A DNA stretch of 64,000 bases. Origin: Vulcanimicrobiota bacterium (GTDB lineage: Bacteria; Vulcanimicrobiota; Vulcanimicrobiia; Vulcanimicrobiales; Vulcanimicrobiaceae). The notes below the pieces were generated by a model. The model ran no database searches. It was not told where the DNA came from and saw only the letters and a list, made by a program, of their open reading frames with translations. A program made the translations under genes and the position numbers. Below are positions 51,944 through 62,017 of the stretch, piece by piece. How positions within the stretch are numbered: position 1 is the first letter of the stretch; each line of letters starts with the position of its first letter. The stretch is from positions 960,001 to 1,024,000 of the forward strand of contig CAVRQT010000003.1 of assembly GCA_963723515.1 (NCBI GenBank), written 5' to 3'.

Positions 51944-54548
51944 CCGCCCGTCGGCGTCACCGGAACGACGGAACGTGTTTCAAGCGCCCGGCCCAGGTCG
52001 GCGTTGAGCGCTTCCAAATGGGCGCGCGTCAGCAGATCGAGATGGCCGCCTCTGAGCGCAACGCGAACATCGCTGCGAACCTGCCCGAGTTCGTGGCGCG
52101 CCAACGCCTGAGCGTCCGGCGGCGTCCCCTTTGCGGGCGCATTCGCGAGCCGCGAAAGCAGCTGTGCGTAGTTGCGTTGCAAGTTGCGATGCACGAGCGT
52201 CATCGTTGCCGGATGCGACAGATCGCCGTACACGCTGGATTGCATCCATTCGAAGAGATCGGTTAGGCCCATTGTCTTGTGGCCGTACACGCTTGACATG
52301 TCATCGAGCCGCTGCAGCATCGTCGGCGAGAAGAAATTGCTGTAAATCGACGATTGCAGTGAGGCGGCCAGCACCGATGCCGAAACGCCGTGGAGCGGCG
52401 GCGGATTATAGCCCCAGTCGCTCTCCCGCTCGGTGTAAACTAACTTGTTCATGAGCGACGGTGAGAAATTCCAGGCCCGCGACGAGAAAACGTAGCGATC
52501 CAGCCCTGCAAAGGCACGCCGCTGCTGCGCCAAAGGAACGTAGCTCAGCGGCGCCGCTGCATGCGGATCGCCGCGATGCGCACGCGAGAGGTACTCGCCG
52601 CCGATGTAGTGTGCGAGAATGCGAGCGCAGACCGCATAGTGGCCGACCAAACGTCCGAAGGCCACGCGCTCTTCTTCGTACGGCTGCTCGACTGTCGGAA
52701 ACCGGCGATCGAGGGTGCCGATCAAGCCATGCGCCATGTTCATCTGCGTCTGGCACCATGAAATGTTGTCGTTTGTGAGATCCCATTGAGCGACGCGCGG
52801 ATCGACGGCATGTCCGCCGAGCCACTCCACATCTTCATCCGATGCAAGGCGGTAACGCGGATTCGTCCATTGCGACGCCCATCGGTCGAGCGTCGGCTTC
52901 TCTTGATCCGGCGAGTGCGCGCCGGCAATGCGGCCATAGCCCCATTGAATGACGTGGTAATCGTATGGGCCGAGCACTGTTTGGAAGTAGTCGCCGTTCG
53001 GCGTTCCCTTCGGCCAGAGATTCAGGGGCGAATATTCCATTACGCTGGTCGCGACACCGTACTGGCGCGTGAACGTTTTGCTCTGCAGTTGCTTTGCGGT
53101 ATAGGCTTCGGAGCCGATGAAGTTATGCATGAGGCCGAAGTCATGGCCCGATTCATGCAAGACGATCGACTTTAGGAAATCGTACGAATACGCTTGCGGA
53201 ATTCGGTCGGCATCGAGTCCGTTCATCAATGAGAGCGCCAGCATTCCATAGGCGTATTGCTCCTGAGCGGCGCTCGCGTAATAGGGATCCGTGAAGTGGC
53301 CGCGCACCGGCGCTGCCCGCTCCGGCTGCGCCAAGTCAAGATATTCGAGCTTTCCGCCGCGCATGAGATCGCTATCGATCACAATCTGCGACCGGAAGAT
53401 CTGTCCGGTGTAGGGATTATAGAGGACCTGCGCTTCCGCAAAGCCGCCGCTATTCGATTCAGAGAGCCAGCGCACAACGTTGTAGCGGATGTCGTCCGGA
53501 TCCCAATCGGATCGTTCGGTTGGTCCTTGACCACGACGGCATTCGATATGCCGACCCGCGCGAACGCGTGGTTCCATGTCAGAATCGCGTCTCGGATTGC
53601 GCCGCGATATTGCTCCGGGATCGTGTTGCTCAAGTAGTACACGATCGGCGTTTTCGCCGGTGACATACGCGCCGTCGGATCCGACGGCTGAACGTCCCAA
53701 CGCAGAATGTAGTGCACGCGATTGTCTCGGCGGTAGTCGCGCGAGAAGTCGACATGTGCGTTGTCCCAGTAGCCGACCCGATCGTCGAAGATTCGCGGCA
53801 TGTAATTCGGATCGGCCGGCAACTCGGCGAGATTATAGTGCACCTTAATTTGCACGCTCCGCGGATCGGGTACCGTGTCGATGACCGCCGGCTTAAACGA
53901 CGCAAACGTCTGATCTGCCTCGATCAAGACGTTCTTCGGAAATGCTTTCGCGGGACCGAAATACGTTCGGTCGGGATCGAGCCGGTAGTTCGTCCGCGGA
54001 TCTTGCGGATCGGCAATCGATTGATTGAGGACGTCGGTCATGTCCATGACGTCGCCCAAGAGCCCCGAGACGTCAAAGACGACGTTGCCGGTCAGCGGAT
54101 CCACAGACATCACTTTGGCAACCGTCACGACCGAATCGGGCGTTGAAGCGCGCACGGAGTTCGCAATCGGCGTATCAGGCGTCGCCATAAAGCGCGTATG
54201 CGGCCAGATGATGGCGACGGTTCGGTCGCTCGTCCGTAAGAAGCGCACGATGCGCGCCTCCTGCCAATCGGTCTGACCGGAGGTGACGAAGTACCCGCCC
54301 AGCCCATTGATCGGCACGGCCGTTTCCACAAAATCCTTATTGAATTGGTCCGGCCGCAACTCCAAGGCCACACGGCCGTTGTGCTGCCAGACGGTGAAGA
54401 GGCCATGCTGCGGCTGCTCCATCTTTGCGAAGAGCGCGTACGGCACGAGGCCGCTGCTCTCTGCGTCCGATTGTGCGAACGCAGGTGCCATCGCGGCAAG
54501 AAAAACAAAAAGACACGCGCTCCAAGCGCGGACGAACTTCAGCTCCAT
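51940..54548 (-). CDS. Secreted zinc-dependent metalloprotease (DUF5117/DUF4953 met-zincin type); frameshift near 53505
   Basis: PRIFDDRVGYW, PIVYYL, WNHAF; DIRYNVVRW; HESGHDFGLMHNF; SVMEY. Confidence 0.88.
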
Positions 54549-54650
54549 TGCTCTACCTGGTTCCTCAGTACAAGCAATCTTCTCTACCAGTATGCGCCTG
54601 CACTGGCTTGAAATGTCATCAAAACGGCCTCAAAAGGCCACTTTGAAGCG

Positions 54651-55775
54651 CTACGGTCTTTCGAAGACCCAGCGCATAATACCGCTTAAGAGCGACTGAT
54701 GTTCCACGGGCCGGACGTGCTGCATCACTTCATCTTCAGACTTTGCGCCCGGCACGTGGACCGGGCGGCGCGTCAAGATCGGGCCGCGGTCGCTTTGAAC
54801 GATCACCCGATGGACCGACGCCCCAAACCATGCGCTGCCGGCCGCCAACGCGTCGCGGACCGCATGCGCCCCGCGAAAAGCCGGCAGTGTTGAGCCGTCG
54901 GGCAGTTCGACCGTCGCGCTGCTCTGATCCAAGGGCAAGAATGCGGGATGGATGTTGATCGTCTCCGCAAAGGCGGCAATGAAGCGCTCCGGCAAGATGT
55001 GCATCCAGCCGAGCAGCAAGACGAGCTCCGGTTCAGTTTGCCGGATCGCATGCAAAAGGCGCTCATCATAGGTTTCGCGCGACTCGATGGCGCGATCCCA
55101 AACGACGTTCACAACCGTTGGAACGCCGCCATGAGGGCGCGCGAGAGGACTGGCGCGCCCGTCTTTGTTCGCGATCAAAGCGTTGATCTTCAGCGGAATC
55201 TTTCCCGCATGAGCGGCATCCAAGACCGCTTGAAAATTCGTGCCGTTGCCCGATGCGAGAATCGTCGTTGCGATGCTCGCCGCCGTCCAGCGCCGCATAT
55301 CGAACTCCTCGACCACGCGCGCACCGCTTTCGCTCTCGTAATACTCAACGAGTTTCTGATCTCGCACGGCTGGAATGAGCGCGAAATCGTAGCCAAGCGT
55401 GCGTAGTTCTATCAACGCTGCGCGCAGCAGATTACGTCCGAGCGGTGTGCCCCGAAAGCGCTTCGCCACGCCGAAAGGTCCAAAGATGCCGACGTCTTTG
55501 CGCTCGATCCAATTCCGAAGCCAGGCATATCGTAATCCGCTCGGCGCATAGGTAACAAAACCCGCGAAGTCGCCATCGCGCCGTGCGACGATGTTTCGCC
55601 CCACGAATGCTTCCGACGACCAGCTGCCGCCAAATTCCTGATCGATCCACGCCAGAGCCGCTCCCGAGGCGGCACTTTCAAGGGTGAATCCCGCGTTACG
55701 AATTTCGGCGAACGCCTTATCGCGTTGCTGAGATGCAAATCGCTCGTCGCGGAGATCGACGAGCAGATTCAACAA
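54651..55775 (-). CDS. purN: GNAT acetyltransferase domain fused to phosphoribosylglycinamide formyltransferase
   Basis: N-part FGPFGVAKRFRGTPLGRNLL..AL..L...GY (acetyl-CoA motif A); C-part LASGNGTNFQAV, LLGWMHIL, INIHPAFLP, GASVH.V...DRGP. Confidence 0.85.
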   Translation of the reverse strand: MLNLLVDLRDERFASQQRDKAFAEIRNAGFTLESAASGAALAWIDQEFGGSWSSEAFVGRNIVARRDGDFAGFVTYAPSGLRYAWLRNWIERKDVGIFGPFGVAKRFRGTPLGRNLLRAALIELRTLGYDFALIPAVRDQKLVEYYESESGARVVEEFDMRRWTAASIATTILASGNGTNFQAVLDAAHAGKIPLKINALIANKDGRASPLARPHGGVPTVVNVVWDRAIESRETYDERLLHAIRQTEPELVLLLGWMHILPERFIAAFAETINIHPAFLPLDQSSATVELPDGSTLPAFRGAHAVRDALAAGSAWFGASVHRVIVQSDRGPILTRRPVHVPGAKSEDEVMQHVRPVEHQSLLSGIMRWVFERP

Positions 55776-55788
55776 GGGATTTGCGCTG

Positions 55789-56806
55789 TTAATCGCGCGC
55801 GGGATGAACGGTGACCGCCGGCTCACCTTCGTGACGCTCTTCGATCCAACCGACGATCTTCGCGCCGCGAACTGCGTCTTTGGCGCGCTGAGCATCGGCC
55901 AGCGGCACGATCATCGTAAAGCCGATTCCCATGTTGAAGATTCGATACCGTTCCTCGTGGCTGAGGTCGCCGCGTCTGCAGAGTTCTTCGATGAGCGGCG
56001 GTACGCGCCACCGAGATTGTTCGAAGATTGCCTTAAGGTTCGAAGGCAACGTTCGCGGCACGTTCTCAAGCAAGCCGCCACCGGTGATATGGGCCATCGC
56101 TTTTACGTTGGCGACATGTTGAATGGCGCGTACGTCTTCATGATACGAGGGGTGTTCGGCCAGCAGAGCGTCGGCGAATGTGGCGCTATCGAAACGATCG
56201 CCCCATTCTTCTTTGGCGACGAGCTTGCGCGCGAGCGTATAGCCGTTCGTGTGCAAGCCCACCGAAGGCAAACCGATAATTGCGTCGCCCGCGCAGACGC
56301 TTTCCGCGCTTCGGAATCGTTGAAACGTTGACGGAACCGACGATCGTACCGGCGAGATCGAATTGCTCGTTCTCGTAGAGGTCCGGCATCTCGGCCGTCT
56401 CTCCGCCCAAGAGCGCACAGTTGTGCTTTTGACATGCGCTTTGGATGCCGGCAACAATATCGGCTGCCGCATTGGGATTGAGTTTGCCGACGGCAAGGTA
56501 ATCTAAGAAAAACAACGGATCTGCGTTAACAACCAAGATGTCATTGACGCAATGGTTGACGAGATCGGCGCCGACGGTTGCGTACCGGCCCAATTCCGAC
56601 GCGATGATCACTTTCGTGCCGACGCCGTCCGTTGACGCCGCAAGCGCGCGCGATGGATCGCCGGGCATCTCGAAAAGCCCTCCGAACCCTCCAAGCGCGT
56701 CGAGCTGTGCGGGATGGCGCCATCGTGCAGTAATCGTTTGGTAACGCCGGACCGCTTCGTTGCCGGCCTCGATATCGACCCCGGCAATCTTGTATGCGTC
56801 GGTCAA
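55789..56806 (-). CDS. purM: Phosphoribosylformylglycinamidine cyclo-ligase (AIR synthetase); frameshift near 56310
   Basis: AYKIAGVDIEAG, GGFGG, STDGVGTK, PLFFLDY, GGETAEMP; GLHTNGYTL, AHITGGG, FNMGIG. Confidence 0.96.
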
Positions 56807-56896
56807 GAGTGTCGTTTCGAAGGGTCCCGCAAGTGCGGCGCGCAATGAAAATCGACGGGCATATAAGGTTTCATTCACTTTTCTGAAAGGTTGACC

Positions 56897-58439
56897 ATGC
56901 AAGTTCGTGTTCTGACGGACGCGCCTGCTTCCGTCCGCACTGGAGCGCTCGTGCTGCCCATCTTCTCCGGCAGCGATCTTAGCGGCGTTGCGAAGACGAC
57001 CGACGATGCGTTAGGCGGCGCAATTGCGGACGTCCTGAGTAGCGGCGAGATCAGCGCAAAGCCGTTCGAGCTTTCGCTCGTGCACGCAAAAGGACAGAAC
57101 TATTCCAGAGTGCTTCTCGTCGGACTCGGCGAGCAAGAGAAGTTTGAGCCCAGCGTATTGGCACGCTACGCAGGCGCAGCGGTTCGCTATCTCGGCAAGA
57201 GAAAGGTAAGAGACATCGCGTTCGTTCTTCCGGAACGTCGCCAAAGGCAACGAAACGGCGGCTGCGTCGTTCATCGTCGAAGGCGCGCTGACCGGCACGA
57301 TCGATACGACGATCTATCAAAACGAGCCGGACCGCGCGATCGACATTGAACAGATCACGATCTTCGGTGAAGGCTTCGATCGCGCAGCGCTCGAGCGCGG
57401 AGCGGCACGCGGCCAGATTATCGGCGAAGCGGTCAACGCAGCGCGTCGCATGGCATTGACTCCGGCGAACGACATGACGCCAACGCATATGGCGGCGCGT
57501 GCGCGCGAGCTTGCGCAGGACGCTGGTCTAGAAATCGAGGTTCTCGATGAAGAGCGGATGCGTTCGCTCGGCATGGGTTCGCTGCTGAGCGTCGCGCAAG
57601 GCACCGACCAACCGGCGACGATGACGATTCTGACGTACAAAGGCGATCCGGGCAGCAAAGAAGTGCTCGCGCTTGTCGGCAAGGGCATCACCTTCGATTC
57701 GGGCGGCATCTCGATCAAACCGGCCGAGAAGATGCACGAGATGAAGTACGACATGTCTGGAGCTGCGGGCGTCATCGCGGCAATGCACGCGATCGGCAAA
57801 TTGCGGCCGAAGGTCAACGTCATCGGAATCGCTCCCGCAACTGAAAACCTGCCCGGACCGCGCGCAACGAAGCCCGGCGACATTTTCCGAGCGATGAACG
57901 GCAAGACGATCGAGGTGATCAATACGGACGCCGAAGGGCGTTTGATTTTGGCAGACGGACTCTGCTACGCAAACAAACTCGGCGCAACAAAGATTGTCGA
58001 TGCGGCGACCTTGACCGGCGCCTGCGTGATTGCCCTCGGACACGCGGCGAGCGCAGCGATGGGCAACGACGAGGATTTCATGCAGCAATTTCTCGCCGCC
58101 GCGAAACCGACCGGCGAGCGATATTGGCAGATGCCGCTGTACGACGACTACTCGACGGCGGTCAAGAGCGAGATCGCGGATCTTTCAAACTCCGCCGGTC
58201 GACCGGCGGGAACATTGACGGCGGGCGCATTCTTGAAAGCGTTCGTCGATAAGACGCCGTGGGTGCATCTGGATATCGCCGGCACCGCATACCTCGACAG
58301 CGAGTCGGCATGGCAGGCAAAAGGGCCGACCGGCACGCCGGTGCGCGCGTTCATCGCGCTCGCCGAAGCGCTTGCCGGCGGCGACGGCAAAGTGCGGCCG
58401 AACGGTGCGACCGCGACGGTAAAAGCCGGGGCAGCCTAG
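56897..58439 (+). CDS. pepA: Leucyl aminopeptidase (M17); frameshift near 57240
   Basis: VGKGITFDSGG.SIK, MKYDMSGAA, NTDAEGRLILAD, WVHLDIAGT. Confidence 0.95.
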
Positions 58440-58442
58440 ACC

Positions 58443-58465
58443 TGTCACGCTGAGCTCGTCGAAGC
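58443..58465 (+). repeat. Single REP-like copy between pepA and panB
   Basis: TGTCACGCTGAGCTCGTCGAAGC. Confidence 0.85.
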
Positions 58466-58485
58466 GCCGCGAAAGGCGTTAAATA

Positions 58486-59340
58486 ATGGCTACACAAATC
58501 GAAACTACGCCTAAAGCGGCTGAGCGTGAAACGCGGGTAAAGCGTGCGCGCCGTGTAACTGCGATCAACATCGCGCGGCGCAAGAATGCGGCTGAACCGT
58601 TCGCGGTGATGACCGCTTACGATGCCGCCTTTGCGCGCTGCGCCGAAGAAGCCGGCATCGACATCCTTCTCGTCGGCGATAGCGTTGGCACGGTCGTCTT
58701 GGGCTACGATTCGACGGTGCCGGTGACGCTCGAAGATATGATCCATCACACGGCGGCGGTTGCGCGCGGAACAAAGCACGCGCACATCATCGGCGACATG
58801 CCCTTCGGTTCGTATCAAACGAGCGACGCCGAAGCGGTGCGTTCAGCCAGCCGGCTGGTTCAAGAGGGACGCGCTTCGTCGGTGAAACTCGAAGGCGGCG
58901 TTCGCGCCGCGGACCGCATTCGCGCGATCGTCGCGGCGGGGATTCCCGTCATGGGGCATATCGGCGTGTTGCCGCAAACGGCAGGCTTGGGACCTGGATT
59001 CAAAATGCGCACGAATCGCGAGCGGCTGCTCGACGATGCGCGCGCCGTGCAAGACGCAGGCGCCTACGCGATCGTGCTTGAGGTTGTCGGCAGCGATATC
59101 GCGGAGCAAATCACGCGTGAGTTAAAAATTCCAACGATCGGCATCGGTTCGGGGCCGGCATGCGACGGTCAGGTGCTCGTGCTCTACGACATGTTAGGGC
59201 TCTACGAAGAGCCGCCGTCGTTCGTTAAACAATATGCTGATCTCGGCACGCAAGCGGTTCGCGCGCTGGAGCAATTCGCGGCAGGACGTCGCCTCCCGCA
59301 AATACCCCCACAGTCACGCGAGCTACCCGTGTCACGCTGA
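58486..59340 (+). CDS. panB: 3-methyl-2-oxobutanoate hydroxymethyltransferase
   Basis: MTAYD, LLVGDS, DMPFGSY, VKLEGG, VMGHIG, IGIGSG..CDGQVLV..DMLG. Confidence 0.96.
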   Translation: MATQIETTPKAAERETRVKRARRVTAINIARRKNAAEPFAVMTAYDAAFARCAEEAGIDILLVGDSVGTVVLGYDSTVPVTLEDMIHHTAAVARGTKHAHIIGDMPFGSYQTSDAEAVRSASRLVQEGRASSVKLEGGVRAADRIRAIVAAGIPVMGHIGVLPQTAGLGPGFKMRTNRERLLDDARAVQDAGAYAIVLEVVGSDIAEQITRELKIPTIGIGSGPACDGQVLVLYDMLGLYEEPPSFVKQYADLGTQAVRALEQFAAGRRLPQIPPQSRELPVSR

Positions 59341-59852
59341 GCTTGTCACGCTGCATGACCGTGCTGAGCCTGTCGAAGCATCGAAGGGCTTGATCGAAGC
59401 ACCGCGATGCTGCGATAGTCCCGTGTCACATTGAGCTTGTCGAATTGCGCCAGCCATGCTTCGCGCGCGCATGACACTGTCACGCTGAGCTTGTCGATAG
59501 TCGCTCTCGACTGACCGACGCGTTTTCTGTGTCACCTGAGCTGTCGAAGCGCCGCGATGACCGCGCGTTTTCTCTGTCACGCTGAGCTTGTCGAAGCGCC
59601 AGCGACATCGCGACTGTTGCGATAGTCCCAGTGTCACATTGAGCTTGTCGAAATGTGACGTTGCTTCCCAGCCATGCTTCGACAAGCTCAGCATGACACT
59701 GGGACAACCGTAAAGTATTACGATTACGGTTGCGCTTCGCGAAGCTCAGCATGACACCGGGACAACCGTAAATTATTACGATTACGGTTGCCCTTCGACA
59801 AGCTCAGGGTGACAGAGTGAGCTCAGGGTGACAGAGTGAGCTCAGGGTGACA
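59330..59852. repeat. Mosaic (BIME-like) array of REP-like repeats
   Basis: About 7 forward TGTCAC(G/A)(C/T)TGAGCTTGTCGAA copies (59330-59652), then reverse copies (59677-59852), including a 58-bp tandem unit and a 19-bp tandem GCTCAGGGTGACAGAGTGA. Confidence 0.9.
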
Positions 59853-59871
59853 CCGGGAGCGTCAGCCATTC

Positions 59872-60460
59872 CTAAAGCGACGTTGCCGCGGCTATGGCCG
59901 CCGCCATTGCGAGCTTGTGATCTTTGTTCCATGGCGGCCCGAGCGTGCTGCGCATTCGAACAAAGTGAGCATCGAAGTTCTCGACGTGTAACGCCTTGCT
60001 CGCCTTATCTAGCACGTTTTTCGTGTCGTACCAGTAAACGGGCCAGCCCCGCGTTTGCGCAGCGGCAGCAATCGCTTTGCGATACATCACCCAATCGGCA
60101 AGGTTTCTTGAACGATAATCTTTGATTCGTTCGGCAATCGTGGCCGGAAGATCCGGACAACTTCGAAGGGCGACACCGATGATATGCGGTACCGCCGCGC
60201 GCCACGGCGTCCAGCGCGAGTACCGCATGTCGCTCTGCCGAAACGCGCACGCGATCAACCAGCGCGACAGCTGCGTCGATCGGCATCATTTGGCCTTCAT
60301 GGTGATGAGGAAGCGCCGGCAGCGCGTCGTCAACAAGCTCGACGCGGCGGCGATCGAGCAGCGTCCCATCGCGCGCTATTGTCACCAACACCGCCCAGCC
60401 GCCGTGATCGGATACGCCGATGATGCCTTTCTTGGACGCGTTCTTACTTCGATGGAGCAT
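59872..60460 (-). CDS. Conserved-looking hypothetical protein with a possible RNase H/RuvC-like fold; frameshift near 60200
   Basis: GIIGVSDHGGWAVLVT..LLDRRRVEL; IGVALR; GWPVYWY; GPPWNKDHKLAMAAA. Confidence 0.7.
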
Positions 60461-60473
60461 GATAGCGGTGGCG

Positions 60474-60550
60474 CTTCGACAAGCTCAGCGTGACACAGCG
60501 CTCAGCGTGACACACACTGCTCAGGGTGACAGAGCGTACTCAGCGTGACA
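60474..60550. repeat. One full REP-like copy plus three 12-bp half copies with variable linkers
   Basis: CTCAG(C/G)GTGACA at 60484, 60501, 60520 and 60539; linkers CAGCG, CACACTG, GAGCGTA. Confidence 0.9.
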
Positions 60551-60577
60551 CGAAGCGGGCCGCTGTGCGGTTCTAAC

Positions 60578-61945
60578 TTAGCTCGCGGCGGAGCGAGGTT
60601 GATGCGTTGAAGGCACGTTCGGATATTTGCCCGTGAGGCAACCAAGACACATTTCTTCTCGCTTACGACCCGTGGCGCGCACCAGACCCTCAAGGCTCAA
60701 ATATCCAAGTGAATCGGCGCCGATCCGTTCGCGAATCTCCGGCACCGAGTAGTTGGCGGCGATTAATTCATCGTACGTCGCCATATCCACGCCCAAGTAG
60801 CACGGATGTTTGATCGGCGGAGAGTGAACACGCACGTGAACCTCCGTGGCCCCCGCTTCCCGCAACAATTGCACGATATGAGGCTTCGTGGTAGCGCGCA
60901 CGATCGAGTCATCAACGACGACGACGCGTTGTCCCTGTAAATTCTCAACAACCGGATTGAACTTCAGCTGTACGCCGCGGTTGCGCATCTGTTGATCCGG
61001 GCTGATGAACGTACGTCCGATATAGCGGTTCTTGATCAACCCTTCGATGTACGGCAGCCCACTTTCCATTGCGTAGCCCAAGCCGCCGGGAATCGCAGAA
61101 TCCGGGACGGCCATAACGACATCGGCGTTGGCCGGATGCTCTTTGGCGAGTTCCCGCCCCATCGCGTAACGAGCCATGTAGATCGTTCGCCCGTCGAGCG
61201 TCGAATCGGGACGCGCGAAGTAGATGTACTCGAACATGCAAAATCCCGGCGTCACATCGCTCTCGACTCTGCGGCTCTCAACGCCGCTCTTGCTGATACG
61301 AACGACTTCGCCGCGCTCCAACTCGCGAATATACTTTGCGCCAACCGTCGCGAGCGCACACGACTCAGAAGCGAGCACATAGACTCCATCGCCCAACTGG
61401 CCAAGGCAGAGCGGTCGCACGCCCCAAGAATCGCGGAAGCCGTACAGCTCGTCGCGCGTGCACAAAACCACCGAGTATGCGCCGCGGGCACGGTTCATGA
61501 CACCGCAGATCCGCTCCATCATCGTGCCCTCGCCCTCGACGATCAGCTTCGCGAGGACTTCCGAGTCAGATGTGGCTTGTAAGATCGTCGTTGGCGCGAG
61601 CGTTTCGCGTAATTCATCGGTGTTCGTCAAGTTGCCGTTGTGCGCGAACGCAAAATCGCCGACTTCACTGCTTTCAAGCAGCGGCTGCGCATTGACGACG
61701 ATCGAGGACCCGCTCGTCGAGTAACGCGTGTGCCCTACGGCGATGTAGCCGCTGAGCTGCGAGAGGATCTCTTCATCGAAGATTGCCGAGAGCAGCCCCA
61801 TCTCGCGATGCGAGCGGATCGTGCCGCCATCCGAAACGGCGATTCCGGCGGACTCTTGGCCGCGGTGCTGCAGCGCATACAGTCCGAAGAACGCGAGGCG
61901 CGCTGCATCATGCCCGGGAGCAAAAACCCCCGTGATGCCGCACAT
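60578..61945 (-). CDS. purF: Amidophosphoribosyltransferase
   Basis: MCGI, LQHRGQESAGI, GHTRYST, AHNGNL, CMFEYIYFARPDS, VVVDDSIVR, CLGC. Confidence 0.97.
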   Translation of the reverse strand: MCGITGVFAPGHDAARLAFFGLYALQHRGQESAGIAVSDGGTIRSHREMGLLSAIFDEEILSQLSGYIAVGHTRYSTSGSSIVVNAQPLLESSEVGDFAFAHNGNLTNTDELRETLAPTTILQATSDSEVLAKLIVEGEGTMMERICGVMNRARGAYSVVLCTRDELYGFRDSWGVRPLCLGQLGDGVYVLASESCALATVGAKYIRELERGEVVRISKSGVESRRVESDVTPGFCMFEYIYFARPDSTLDGRTIYMARYAMGRELAKEHPANADVVMAVPDSAIPGGLGYAMESGLPYIEGLIKNRYIGRTFISPDQQMRNRGVQLKFNPVVENLQGQRVVVVDDSIVRATTKPHIVQLLREAGATEVHVRVHSPPIKHPCYLGVDMATYDELIAANYSVPEIRERIGADSLGYLSLEGLVRATGRKREEMCLGCLTGKYPNVPSTHQPRSAAS

Positions 61946-62017
61946 AACTTAGCCGGCGCTCTCGGTCCGCATTACACTCATTGTAACACCCTGGGCACTG
62001 CCAGCGGCTGCAAGGCC

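Noticed and set aside
59330..60550. Possible CRISPR array
   Set aside because: Repeats occur in both orientations, linkers vary from 5 to more than 40 nt and are partly duplicated, the same motif is dispersed at other loci, and no cas genes are present.
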